Origin: Saccharolobus solfataricus P2
GTDB lineage: Archaea > Thermoproteota > Thermoprotei_A > Sulfolobales > Sulfolobaceae
Direction: 5' to 3' (one strand)
Assembly: GCF_000007005.1 (NCBI RefSeq)
Contig: NC_002754.1
Length of the DNA stretch: 64,000 bases
Part shown: positions 10,559 to 20,889 of the stretch, piece after piece
How positions within the stretch are numbered: the first letter of the stretch is position 1
Layout: each line of letters begins with the position of its first letter
The notes under the pieces: generated by a model
Seen by the model: only the letters and a program-made list of their open reading frames with translations
Told to the model about the DNA's origin: nothing
The model's database searches: none
Translations under genes and position numbers: made by a program

Positions 10559-12083
10559 ATCTTATCTCCTCCTCTATACCAAATTGTCTCGCCCTTAATA
10601 TTTGATTCCATACTTCAAAATAATTAAAAATTTTTTTACTTAGGAGTATTTTTAGAAATTCAGCTCTTAAGTTTAATTCGTCGTAAAGAATCCCTATATT
10701 TCTACGTTCGATTCCTCTCCTGATTGCGACCTTATTTTCTATAAGGTAAGAAGATCCTCTTCCGGCAAAGATTATCTTATCTTCTGTAGGATCATATGTG
10801 AATGCTGGTATATAAACTACGTCATTAGTAACAGGATCTATATCAATTATTTCGTCAACTTCAACCACTCTTCTTATTAAATTGCCTTTTTTATCGTATA
10901 GTGCGGTCTGAAATAGTGCTATATTAAGGTTATTAATATAACTTTTAGGCACCTCTATAGGATAACCAGTAAGCCTTTGTACAAGCGTTCTTATATTTGC
11001 TGCATGAAAGGTTGCCATAACTGAATGACCAGTCTGCATTGCTTGGAATGCTACGTTCCCTTCCTTATCTCTTATCTCGCCTACTAAAATATAATTAGGT
11101 CTTTGCCTTAAAGCAGCTTTAAGTAAGTCGAATAATTTTACACTTCCCTCACCACCTGTTTCTCTAGTAACTTCTGCTACCCAATTAGAGTGCGGTACTG
11201 TAAGTTCTGGAGTATCTTCTATTGTTACTATTTTTAAATTTGGAGGGATGAAAGCAGTAATTGCGTTGAGGGTAGTTGTCTTTCCGGAGGCAGTTTCTCC
11301 GCATACGAACAAGTTCATTCCCTCGTCTAACATCATCCATATATATGCTGCAAGAAGTGGAGACAATGTACCGAAGGAGATTAACTGAGTTACACTGATT
11401 GGTATTTTACTGAATTTTCTTACAGTTAAATTAGAACCTCTTCTACTTATATCAATTCCATAAACGAAGTTAACTCTTGATCCATCTGGCAAGCTTGCAT
11501 CAATTATTGGCCTGTTATGAGATACTGGTCTATATGTTTTCTCGCTTAAAGAAATTATTAGATTGTCTAGCTCCTCTTCATTCTCAATTAATAATGATGT
11601 CCTCATAGGGCCGAATACCTTGTGCACAATGTAAATGTGACCTAAGCCTGGAATCGATATATCCTCGATAAATGGATCCCTAATTAATGGCTCTAATATG
11701 CCTGAATATAATTTATCTCTTACGAAATGATAAATTGCGTATTCCTTTGGTACAGATATTCTTATCTTAGTTAGTATTTTATCTAAAACTCTCCTCATAA
11801 GTATCTCCTTTTCTTCGACAGTAGGTGGTGGCTCTGTATTACCAATGGTTTTTGCGAATTTCTCCTCTATTTCTTCTATTTCTTTAGGTTTCGGTCTCGG
11901 AGGTTCTATCACCGTATATTGGTTATAACCATCCTCTGCCTTTGTACTCTGAACATGAATGTAAATGTATTTATCTACTTTATAAATTGCATTATAATTC
12001 TTACTACCTTTCAGTTTATTCGGGTCATCAATCATTACTGGTTTTTCCGGAAATCTAGATAAGTAATCTTCAATAAAGCTCAT
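10542..12083 (-). CDS. arlI: Archaellum assembly/motor ATPase ArlI (FlaI)
   Basis: 513 aa; GETASGKTT Walker [17 protein letters not shown]...TFHA. Confidence 0.96.
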
Positions 12084-12085
12084 GG

Positions 12086-12790
12086 TTAAGCCCTCGATAG
12101 GGATAGTGGTACGACCTTTATTCCTAAAGCTGGGTCTATATCGAATGAAATAGCATCAGCTCCTTGTATACCACCTATTGTTTTAATTCTCTCTAGGACC
12201 TTTATTCTTCTTCCTCCTATGCTTGTTGCAGAAAGTTTAAAATAAACGTCGACTATGCTTGTGATTCTACTCTTTAGTTCCTCATTAAACACATCTGGGT
12301 GGACGGTAAATAATATAAGCTTTCCTAGATCAACTAACACTCTAGCATCTTTCATGAATTGCAAAATTTGCTTTATTTCTGCGAACGTGGCAACTATTGA
12401 CAAACTATCGATAATGATGAAGTCCATATTCTTCCTCCTTTTTATGAAGTCTATGATTATCTCAAGTATTTTATTTGCTAATCTTGAATTCCAATTAAAT
12501 TTATTCGTGTTTAACGGAGCAATTCCTAAGACGCCTTTTAAGAAAAACGGTATTAGATCAATTTTTACATCTTTCATCTTTTTCAAATAGTCTTTACTAG
12601 TTTGTTCTGTCGTTATTATATAACCCTTTTTCCCACCTATTAGTAGTCCATAACAAAATTGTGCAGATAAAACACTTTTACCAGTTCCATGATCTCCCTC
12701 AATCATGATTAGTGCGGGAAACGGCAATCCAGATAATCTTCTATCTAAATCCTCATTTCCGGTTTTTATTATCACAGTATACCCCTCCAT
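12086..12790 (-). CDS. arlH: KaiC/RecA-fold archaellum protein ArlH (FlaH)
   Basis: 234 aa; EGDHGTGKS Walker A, IIDSLS. Confidence 0.95.
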   Translation of the reverse strand: MEGYTVIIKTGNEDLDRRLSGLPFPALIMIEGDHGTGKSVLSAQFCYGLLIGGKKGYIITTEQTSKDYLKKMKDVKIDLIPFFLKGVLGIAPLNTNKFNWNSRLANKILEIIIDFIKRRKNMDFIIIDSLSIVATFAEIKQILQFMKDARVLVDLGKLILFTVHPDVFNEELKSRITSIVDVYFKLSATSIGGRRIKVLERIKTIGGIQGADAISFDIDPALGIKVVPLSLSRA

Positions 12791-13260
12791 ATTGCTTCTG
12801 GTCCATAATTAGAGGCAACTACTACAGTAGCCATAGTATTAGGGTATGGAGGATATGGTAAATCAGCTATAAATGTACCTACCATGTTTGGATTAATTAA
12901 AACGGTATTTGAGACCCATTTATATGGGCCTAAGTTTGTGGAGTAATTATAGTTAGAAATTATAAGAGTAGATATGTTACTTATATTTGCATAATATTTA
13001 ATAATTATTGCGAAATCCCTAAAATCAAATAATGCAGTAGATCCATTATTGGTTATTGTTATATATAATAAGTTACCATTTATCGCTATACTCTTTATGA
13101 ATATTCTAGTGTTAAGTTGATTTAGTTCCATGTTTTGCCTTAAATTCTCTGCATGCAATAAGAGTTGCTGACTTTTGATATACGCTTCTAAAGCAATTAA
13201 TCCCAGCGAAATTGTAATGAAAAATATTAGCACATATGCTACTACTTGCGAGACTCCCAT
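12772..13260 (-). CDS. arlF: Archaellum stator protein ArlF (FlaF)
   Basis: 162 aa; N-terminal TM, ITNNGS beta-sandwich motif; operon position. Confidence 0.9.
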   Translation of the reverse strand: MGVSQVVAYVLIFFITISLGLIALEAYIKSQQLLLHAENLRQNMELNQLNTRIFIKSIAINGNLLYITITNNGSTALFDFRDFAIIIKYYANISNISTLIISNYNYSTNLGPYKWVSNTVLINPNMVGTFIADLPYPPYPNTMATVVVASNYGPEAIWRGIL

Positions 13261-13439
13261 ATCTAACTCGCCTCAAATGTATAGCTGACTGAGTATCCAT
13301 TAGGGGTAACCAACTGAACTGTATAATATTGCGTAGTGGATAATGGTGAGGATAAATATATGATAATTTTAGCTACAGATCCAGGATATAATGTATTAGT
13401 ATTAACAACCCAATAGGGTAATGTACTAGAGTTATATCC

Positions 13440-14612
13440 GGGAGTGTTCTCATGCAGTCATCTTATTCGATATCATATAGTAAAATTAAATCAGGCTAGA
13501 AATTTTCACAATTAGTCGTTTCGATCGAGATGCAGCCAATGAATTAGAACATGAAAACAGCCTCTGAAAAAGCTTATGTGCGAGGGTTGCGAGATTTTTT
13601 GTGAGGGTTACCAGGATGAACCTCGTAACCCTCGCACAATTAATACTTATGATTCTAAGAAATTTAAATCTTAAGCCGAGAAAGTACGAGCTAAAGGATA
13701 TTGCATTAGCATTAGCAGCCTACTCCTTGGGAGTTCAAATCACGAAAACGGGAATCCCACCATCAACCCTATACTACTATTTGAGGAAAGTAGGGATAAG
13801 GAGGAGAAGAGAAAGCAGACCAACATGCCCATCATGTAACTCTAACAGAGTAGTGAAGAACGGCTCATCTAGAGGGAAAGCAAAATACAAGTGTAAAGCA
13901 TGTGGAAAGACGTTTTACGACGTCACAAGTCATAGAATGGATAGGGAACAGAGGGAGAGAATCTTAAAGGAGTACTTGAACAGGATGAGCATGAGGGCAA
14001 TATCAAGAGTTGAAGGTAAACCATTGACTACTGTTTACAGCCTAGTGAGGAGGATTGGGATAAGGGCCTTTACGAATCTAACGATCTTGAAGGGTGAGCT
14101 CAAGAATTTCACAGCTAAGTCTACGGTGTTTGACGAGTTCTGGACTTATTTCCGTGTTAGGCATGGGGTGATGAGGGAGGATTTGTGGATTTGGACTGCT
14201 CTTGCTGATGGTGTGCCTTTCTATGAGTTTGGGGATAGGAGTTATGGGACTTTTCGTTATCTCTTGGGTTGGTTACCTAGGAGTGAGGTAAACTATACTG
14301 ACTACTATTGTGTTTATCAAGTTCTCGATAATCGTGTAGCGGGTAAGAAGTATACTTATCTTGTGGAGAGCCATAATTCTTGGTGTAGGTCTCATTTGGC
14401 GAGGCTGGCTAGGGATACTAAAGCTGTTACTAGGAGTGGGAGGATGACGGAGTACAGTTTGGCCTTGTTGAATGTAATGTACCCTCACGTATTCTCAAGG
14501 GAGAGAACTCCCTTAAATGAGGCATACTTGAAGGGAGTACAGTATATTAGAGAAAACTTGATATAATTTTACTATATGATATCGAATAAGATGACTGCAT
14601 GAGAACACTCCC
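13440..14612 (+). mobile_element. ISC1173 (IS1 family), complete copy
   Basis: Exactly 1173 bp; perfect 49-bp IRs starting GGGAGTGTTCTCATG; 8-bp TSD TTATATCC at 13432-13439 and 14613-14620. Confidence 0.95.
13601..14566 (+). CDS. IS1-family transposase of ISC1173 (first ATG at 13616)
   Basis: Zn ribbon CPSC...CKAC, HTH, DDE-type residues (FDEFW, TDYY, VESHN). Confidence 0.93.
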   Translation: MRVTRMNLVTLAQLILMILRNLNLKPRKYELKDIALALAAYSLGVQITKTGIPPSTLYYYLRKVGIRRRRESRPTCPSCNSNRVVKNGSSRGKAKYKCKACGKTFYDVTSHRMDREQRERILKEYLNRMSMRAISRVEGKPLTTVYSLVRRIGIRAFTNLTILKGELKNFTAKSTVFDEFWTYFRVRHGVMREDLWIWTALADGVPFYEFGDRSYGTFRYLLGWLPRSEVNYTDYYCVYQVLDNRVAGKKYTYLVESHNSWCRSHLARLARDTKAVTRSGRMTEYSLALLNVMYPHVFSRERTPLNEAYLKGVQYIRENLI

Positions 14613-14900
14613 TTATATCCTATCTGCTGTAGATTTCCTTGCGGGCCAAAGTATAATACACTATTTTTTAAGTTAAAAATTATCGATTCTCCTATATTAT
14701 GTAGGTATACTATTACAGTTGTAGAACTGGAATTCGTAACATAATCTATTTGAAGATCAGTAACCAATCTTTGGGATTGTAACATACTATATGATACCAT
14801 ATTAGTAGAAATTGACGATACTACGGAAAAAACCGAACCTGCAAGCACTCCTACCAATGTAACTGCTACGATTAGCATTATTGTCTCGCTAATCACTTCA

Positions 14901-15659
14901 CTAGCCATTCTTCCCAACCTCCAATACCAATAGATACTTTTTCATTTCTGCAGTCACGGAGGAGTAACTTTCGGCAACACTCATTGCAATATTTGCTAAA
15001 TCTTTTGCTCTTATCTTTCCATTATTAGTCCTAATATAAGATTGTATCTTGTTAACAATGAACATATCATCTGCAGAGATATAACCTAGTTCATATAAAG
15101 CTGTCAACTTAGAATCCTCATAGTCTAAGATTTCTAGCAATACACAATTTCTAATGAAAACGCTCAAATCTATATTCGATGTTCCAACAATTTCCGCTAC
15201 AGCCTTTAATTCTTTACTACCTTCTGGCCTCTGTTCGCCTTTAGACTGCTCTGATATGATATTGAAAGGTGATGATGAATCAGCTTGAGCAGATTTTAGA
15301 GATAAAACGGCATCTTCAATAGAAGAATTTAATTTCTGTAAAGTCTGCTTTAAATCTTCTATAGATGTATTTAGAACATTTACTAGATCATTTTGATATT
15401 TATCCATTCTACCTATTAGGTTCTTAAGAAGTTCTTCAATCTCCTTGGTAGAATTACTCGTAACTCCTTGTTGTTGCTGATTTTGTGTAGTAGAAGCAGT
15501 TTGAGTTGTTTGTATATTTTTAGGCCTAGTTATTCTTGGCAATACTATCTTAAAAAAGGATATAAAGAATGCTGCCAAGGGTATGCTTATGCTAATCAGT
15601 AAAATAAATAGTGGAGACTCCACTAGTTGTTGCAATTCAGGTAAGTTTATGTTTATCAT
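14901..15659 (-). CDS. arlX: Crenarchaeal archaellum ring protein ArlX (FlaX)
   Basis: 252 aa; N-terminal TM then coiled coil; between arlB and arlG; SD GAGGTGA. Confidence 0.85.
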   Translation of the reverse strand: MININLPELQQLVESPLFILLISISIPLAAFFISFFKIVLPRITRPKNIQTTQTASTTQNQQQQGVTSNSTKEIEELLKNLIGRMDKYQNDLVNVLNTSIEDLKQTLQKLNSSIEDAVLSLKSAQADSSSPFNIISEQSKGEQRPEGSKELKAVAEIVGTSNIDLSVFIRNCVLLEILDYEDSKLTALYELGYISADDMFIVNKIQSYIRTNNGKIRAKDLANIAMSVAESYSSVTAEMKKYLLVLEVGKNG

Positions 15660-15733
15660 CCCTCACCTCACGAATGCTATAAATGGAAAAAAAGATGAAA
15701 TACCTTTTTCTTACCTTTTTTAGCACTTTAATC

Positions 15734-16657
15734 TCACCCTATTACTGATACGCTACCCTCTGGCTGGTATATATATTCAGATATTGTGAGAGGAGATCCT
15801 ATATTTGGTGTAATTTGTATTGTTATTGTCTGATATTGAAATACATGACTTCCTAGATCTGGTCCAAACAAAAGTATTACTCCTATTACTGATCCGGCGG
15901 GGGCGATAGCACTCCCTATTAACGGATCTCCTGCCACTGGATATGTAAATGCAAATGTCTGATTAACAAACACATAGTAAGTAACTAGTTTGCCGCTTAT
16001 ATTGAGAGTGAAAGTAAAACTATTGTCATTCTTCAACCATGATGGAAGGCTAGATAGAGATAGAATGCTACTATTAATAAATATTGGTGATGGTGTTTTT
16101 GTACTAAGATAATAATTATATAGTGTGTAATTAAGTGCTAGTAACGCATAGTAAGGATTAGGATAATATACATATGTTTGACCTGCACTTGTCTGCTGAT
16201 TTACGAGATCTAAGTACTGTCCATTCGCGTATACGACATTCGCTAGTTCAGATGGGGATACTGTTAATAAGGTGTATTTATATATATTTGAGTACGTCAC
16301 TCCTTCTGCAGATGCAGTAAACGAGATGGCTGTAGTAGTGGGCGACAATTCCACGCTAGAAACTCCAGAACTTGGAGATACTGTAAAGTATATCCAGTAG
16401 CTTCTAGTATTTAATGGATAGTTAACAGCATATAGGACAGAGCCGGATAGTGTTAGTGCTGTTGACGCTGTCTCCTCTCCTTTATTTATAGTGGATTTGG
16501 CTTTCTGTGTCACAAATAATCCCATATTTATAGCCACGTAAGCTAATACTGATGCAGTTATTATAAATGCTATTAATATTATTGCAGTGTCTAATCCCGC
16601 TAATCCTTTCCTTTTCACTTTTTTGTTGTATTCCTTTAACATCTTTTTGGAGTTCAT
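15734..16657 (-). CDS. arlB: Archaellin ArlB (FlaB)
   Basis: 307 aa; class III signal KVKRKG/LAGLDTAIILIAFIITASVLAYV; many NxS/T sequons. Confidence 0.96.
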   Translation of the reverse strand: MNSKKMLKEYNKKVKRKGLAGLDTAIILIAFIITASVLAYVAINMGLFVTQKAKSTINKGEETASTALTLSGSVLYAVNYPLNTRSYWIYFTVSPSSGVSSVELSPTTTAISFTASAEGVTYSNIYKYTLLTVSPSELANVVYANGQYLDLVNQQTSAGQTYVYYPNPYYALLALNYTLYNYYLSTKTPSPIFINSSILSLSSLPSWLKNDNSFTFTLNISGKLVTYYVFVNQTFAFTYPVAGDPLIGSAIAPAGSVIGVILLFGPDLGSHVFQYQTITIQITPNIGSPLTISEYIYQPEGSVSVIG

Positions 16658-16695
16658 TTTTTGGTCACTTGCTGAAATCCGTTTCTCAGAACACT

Positions 16696-16733
16696 TTTAA
16701 AAATCTCTCTCTGATTTTCGACTACAGGTCGAC
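16696..16733 (-). promoter_or_regulatory. arlB promoter: TATA box TTTTTAAA, purine-rich BRE, and upstream inverted repeat TCGAC-N5-GTCGA (candidate ArnR site)
   Basis: TATA at 16703-16696, ~40 nt before the ATG; palindrome at 16718-16732 just upstream of the BRE. Confidence 0.65.
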
Positions 16734-16779
16734 ATAACTTTAGGCTATTTTTTAAGTAACTGTTAGCAAGTAATATTTA

Positions 16780-17265
16780 ATGGCTCCTATCTTTCTAGAA
16801 TACAAGGTTGTACATGATAATATTACATATTATATTATTTATGTTTTTATATATAATTTATCATTAAAGTTAGTAACAATGTATACAATAAATCCAAGTT
16901 CTCATACAATTCTTAACTATAATGTATCTTTAGAGCCCGAACAAATTTTTTCAAATATCACTGGAGTATCTACATATTATAGCTTAGATGGAAAAAAGAT
17001 TCTTGCTTACGAAGACAACAACGGTAGTATAATCGTAGCATATAACGGGTTAATTCTGAAAAAGGCTAGCAATAACTCTGTTCGTTATCTCATAGCTGCT
17101 AACTATCCTGGAATTGATAACAGTAAATTTCCTAGTCTTTATAAGCTAGCTGAAATCTCCATTTTTGATTCTAATATAAGGGTCCTAGTTTTAGGGGTTT
17201 TACTAACTATTTTGTCATCCTTCATCCTAAAGGTTATGGTGGGACGATATGATAAGGTTAGATAA
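16780..17265 (+). CDS. Hypothetical beta-rich protein with C-terminal TM anchor
   Basis: 161 aa; TTTTTAAG box ~24 nt upstream (leaderless geometry); multiple NxS/T. Confidence 0.7.
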   Translation: MAPIFLEYKVVHDNITYYIIYVFIYNLSLKLVTMYTINPSSHTILNYNVSLEPEQIFSNITGVSTYYSLDGKKILAYEDNNGSIIVAYNGLILKKASNNSVRYLIAANYPGIDNSKFPSLYKLAEISIFDSNIRVLVLGVLLTILSSFILKVMVGRYDKVR

Positions 17266-18718
17266 ACGTAACTTCATTCCTTGGATTTCTATAGTTCTTT
17301 TATTATGTGCCTACTCCATAGGGACTGGCCTGTATATAACTATACAGCGTGTTACGTATTATCCTATATTTGAATCTAAAATTGTTTCAGTATTTCTTAC
17401 AATATTCTCATCATCCTTGATTACTTTTTACAATTATAAGAAATATGTCTTTCTACTTCCGTTATCTCTATTGTCTTTCTTCTCTGTGTCGTTAACTCCC
17501 CTTATAATATCTATATTTATTTTATATGAGTTAAAGAAAGTTGACCGAACAGTTAGTATTATATTGCTAATAATAAATGCTTCCATGATATCATGGCTTA
17601 TTCTACGTTTACTATTAGGCATTAATACTTACTTTTCTATTCCTCTAATGATTTTAGAAGCGGGAGCACCTACGGTAATTCCATTTATATGGTTTGTTGG
17701 AATAATATTATCTGCTTATAAAAGAAATTTAAGTAGTAAAAGCCAACTATTTATCAATCCCTTAATTCCATTCATTGTGGTACTACTTATTTCTCTAATC
17801 CCTTACCTTCCTTTTATAAATCCTTACAAGTTTCCAGAAACTGTTGATTTCAAATATTACTATTCATGGCTTTTGGCACCCACTTTCAGTGGATGGTTCT
17901 TCGACTCCAGGCCTGTGTATTTGATGCTTTTATATGCGTTGTCACTCATTTTTAAACCGTATACAGTAGCGTACTATGAATTTATATTTCTCTCACTTCT
18001 TTATACATATTCTGCATATAAACTAGCCTCAGCAATAGATAAATCTATAGCTTCCTTATCTGCCTTATTAGCTTCGGTATCTCCTATGCTAATGACCTTC
18101 CTCTATTCTGGTTTGGAAGCCAATTTATTTTCAATATCATTGATGTTTATCTCAATGTCGTATCTTTTCAAAAAAGAGAAATTAAGTTTAGCGATACTAT
18201 TTTCTTTATTATCAATGTTCTCTCACATATACGCTTGGGCTCAATTATCAACTGGAATAACTCTATATTATCTTCTTAAATCAATTATACATAGATCCAG
18301 ACCAGACAACTATACATTAACGTATTTGTCCTTCTCAATTCCTTTTATAGCAATTGGACTCTTTCTTATATTAAGTGGCGTTTTTCCTCTACCTATGGAA
18401 TTATTAAATTATACTCAACTTATATACCAGATAGCGGTAGTGAGTTGGGGATCCAACAACGCCTTGCTTTACTTTTTGTTATCGTCTTTTGGAAATAGGT
18501 ATGTTAAGGAAGGAGTTCTAAATTTCGTTTATTCAATTTCGGTATTTGGTATTATCTTTGTATCATCAGCAACCAATTTAATTATCGACTTACCTCTTTT
18601 CATTCCAGCTGCATATACCATAAGAAACGTTAATAGGCGAAGTACTTCTATACTATTGGTCTTAAGTTTAATATTGTGGGGTATCTATATGAGCATTAAC
18701 AGCGTTCCTATGCTATAA
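17249..18718 (+). CDS. Polytopic membrane protein, GT-C-fold glycosyltransferase-like (tentative)
   Basis: 489 aa; >10 TM segments; loop ETVDFKYY...SRP resembles the acidic-aromatic loop of GT-C enzymes. Confidence 0.55.
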   Translation: MIRLDKRNFIPWISIVLLLCAYSIGTGLYITIQRVTYYPIFESKIVSVFLTIFSSSLITFYNYKKYVFLLPLSLLSFFSVSLTPLIISIFILYELKKVDRTVSIILLIINASMISWLILRLLLGINTYFSIPLMILEAGAPTVIPFIWFVGIILSAYKRNLSSKSQLFINPLIPFIVVLLISLIPYLPFINPYKFPETVDFKYYYSWLLAPTFSGWFFDSRPVYLMLLYALSLIFKPYTVAYYEFIFLSLLYTYSAYKLASAIDKSIASLSALLASVSPMLMTFLYSGLEANLFSISLMFISMSYLFKKEKLSLAILFSLLSMFSHIYAWAQLSTGITLYYLLKSIIHRSRPDNYTLTYLSFSIPFIAIGLFLILSGVFPLPMELLNYTQLIYQIAVVSWGSNNALLYFLLSSFGNRYVKEGVLNFVYSISVFGIIFVSSATNLIIDLPLFIPAAYTIRNVNRRSTSILLVLSLILWGIYMSINSVPML

Positions 18719-18785
18719 CTATGCTTAACATTATCTCGTTGCTTACATAAAAATTTTGTAAGACGATGCTTTGTTAGCTTGTCAA

Positions 18786-19000
18786 GAGTGTTCTCAGGGA
18801 GTGTTCTCATGCAGTCATCTTAATTAGATAAATGATAGTAAATTTATATTCAGATTGGAGGTGCTCATAATTAGTCATTTTGATCTATGGGTAGCCGTGG
18901 AATTAGAACTTGCAAGGCATTTCTTGAAATATGGTTTATGTTTGAGGATTACGAAATTTTTGTGAGGATATAGCTAAGATAAACCTCCTAACTTGTATAA
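18786..19000 (+). mobile_element. Diverged ISC1173-like left-end remnant with tandemly duplicated IR tip
   Basis: GAGTGTTCTCA-GGGAGTGTTCTCATGCAGTCATCTT, alignable with 13440-13640; no right end visible; 19000 is approximate. Confidence 0.75.
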
Positions 19001-19090
19001 CTTATTACGACTACGTAAATAAAATTGTTGATTACATCCCATAAACTATAATAGTAAGATTTTTATTTTTCCTTAAGAAGAGATTAATTA

Positions 19091-19492
19091 ATGATAAGAG
19101 AGATATACAAGTTACTATTAGTCGGTGTTATCTCCTTCTTAATAATTGTAACTGTAATATCTAGGCTTTACATTGTTCTCGTTCCTATTGTGTTGTTTTC
19201 GATATACTTAATTAATGAGTCTAGAATACCAGAAATAAAAGATTTAAAATCATTTCATAAATACGTGGAAAAAGTTTATGGAAGAGATTTTGCAGCCATA
19301 ATTAAGAAGAGATATAACATTATTCAAGGTGATTTAACGTTAGCTTATTTCCCATCGTCAATCGAAGATAATACCGTAGTTATAGCCAATACTCATCTAA
19401 TCTTGAAGATAAATTCCAGAGTATTTGTATTGAGTAAATATGAGGGTGTTGATTACCTAGTAGATATAATTAAAGGGAATGTTGCGAGCTAA
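19091..19492 (+). CDS. Small membrane-anchored hypothetical protein upstream of arnR-like gene
   Basis: 133 aa; two N-terminal TM segments. Confidence 0.7.
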   Translation: MIREIYKLLLVGVISFLIIVTVISRLYIVLVPIVLFSIYLINESRIPEIKDLKSFHKYVEKVYGRDFAAIIKKRYNIIQGDLTLAYFPSSIEDNTVVIANTHLILKINSRVFVLSKYEGVDYLVDIIKGNVAS

Positions 19493-19574
19493 GGATGTAT
19501 TCTTTATATAGATAATATAGTTTGGCTAATTATAATCAATATTTAAATAGATCATATCGTAAATAATTAATAGA

Positions 19575-20387
19575 ATGTCTTATAATGTGTTCGATGTATT
19601 AAGGGAGCTAGATTCCATTGTAGATTTTGCTAGAGCTAAATTACAGTGGGATATTTTATTTTTCATAAATTCTAGGGGGCCTTCATCCATTTCAGAAATA
19701 GCTGAAGGTACCAATAACAGCAAAAAAGCGGTAATAGATGCTATAAGGAAACTAGTAGAAAAGGAACTGATTATTAAGGTTAAGTATGACGTCTATGATT
19801 TATCCGAGAAGGGAAAGCAAGTATTAAATAAACTCAATTACTTTACATCTCATACAGTATCTACCCAAAAAAGTGTTGATGGCGATAATAATGTATTATC
19901 AAATAATGCAGATAACCCTTCACAGAATTACTATTTGTTAGAACTAATAAAGATGTCTTTGCTTAATAACGGTACCTTACCTATTGACAAAGTGAGTAGA
20001 GAATTGGGGATATCTAAACAGACAGTCAAGTACTATCTAGAATTATTCATGAGGAAGAAGATTTTTAAGAAGGTAAACAAGAAGAGCTTGTTAGGGAAGA
20101 GTGTTCAAACTGTTGTACTTACTAGTGAGGGTAGAAAAATAGCTTACAAGGTACCTAGTCTAATTAAAATAAGGAATAACTTATTTCTAAGACTACTATT
20201 AAAAATAACTTTTAGTATAAGTTATGAATCAGCTTTGATGAAGCTTATGGTTTTCTTCGCATTATCTTCACCCATAATAATATATTATGATGGCGATCCA
20301 CCCGTTCGTATACTTGGCATTGTATGGTTATATATGCTGGTCTTCACCTCACTATTGAGTATATTCGCCTATTTAACAATGAGATAG
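19575..20387 (+). CDS. arnR: Membrane-anchored winged-HTH transcription factor, ArnR-like archaellum regulator
   Basis: 270 aa; N-terminal wHTH (SISEIAEGTNNSKKAVIDAIRKL), second HTH-like region, two C-terminal TMs; next to the arl operon. ArnR versus ArnR1 not resolved. Confidence 0.75.
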   Translation: MSYNVFDVLRELDSIVDFARAKLQWDILFFINSRGPSSISEIAEGTNNSKKAVIDAIRKLVEKELIIKVKYDVYDLSEKGKQVLNKLNYFTSHTVSTQKSVDGDNNVLSNNADNPSQNYYLLELIKMSLLNNGTLPIDKVSRELGISKQTVKYYLELFMRKKIFKKVNKKSLLGKSVQTVVLTSEGRKIAYKVPSLIKIRNNLFLRLLLKITFSISYESALMKLMVFFALSSPIIIYYDGDPPVRILGIVWLYMLVFTSLLSIFAYLTMR

Positions 20388-20400
20388 GTGATGGTCACAT

Positions 20401-20889
20401 ATGGAGTTAATTAATGTCAGTCTTCTATATTTGGTAACGGGAAATTATACTCATTATCTTATGTTGATTACTATACTTAATGTAAGCAAAAATTTTGCAA
20501 TTATAAACATGACTGAGATAAGTCATAACATTACATTATCATATGTGGTAGCCTATCCAATTTTCCTTCTTTACATACCAAACGTAACGCAACAAAGTAT
20601 AGTCACTCAGTTCGAGGGAATCAGCACTACCATTGTTAACATACTTAACTTTACGATTTATGTTGATGTATACAATAGCATAGTTGTCCATTACATAGGA
20701 AACGGAATTAATGTAACTCTAATTGGAGCTACAATTCCCCTAGGGCCAGGAGTCTACAAACCAATCCCTTCCTATATATTAGGTCACCAAAGAACTGGTA
20801 GTACCGTAGAAGAATACGAGATATTTCTTCTTACAATTGTGCTAGTAGTTTCGTTCTACGTTATATTCGAGAGGATGAATAAAAAATGA
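20401..20889 (+). CDS. Hypothetical beta-rich protein with C-terminal TM anchor
   Basis: 162 aa; SD GGTGA; many NxS/T. Confidence 0.7.
   Translation: MELINVSLLYLVTGNYTHYLMLITILNVSKNFAIINMTEISHNITLSYVVAYPIFLLYIPNVTQQSIVTQFEGISTTIVNILNFTIYVDVYNSIVVHYIGNGINVTLIGATIPLGPGVYKPIPSYILGHQRTGSTVEEYEIFLLTIVLVVSFYVIFERMNKK

Larger units (their letters stand above)
13263..14908 (-). pseudogene. arlG: ArlG (FlaG) interrupted by ISC1173
   Basis: 5' part MASEVISETIMLI...LQQIGY (14908-14613) plus 3' part NSSTLPYWVV...YTFEAS* (13431-13263); removing the IS and one TSD copy gives an open 465-nt (154-aa) frame. Confidence 0.93.

Noticed and set aside
18767-18785. TGCTTTGTT resembling an ISC1058/SM3 terminus
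   Set aside because: Only 8-9 nt match and no partner end found.
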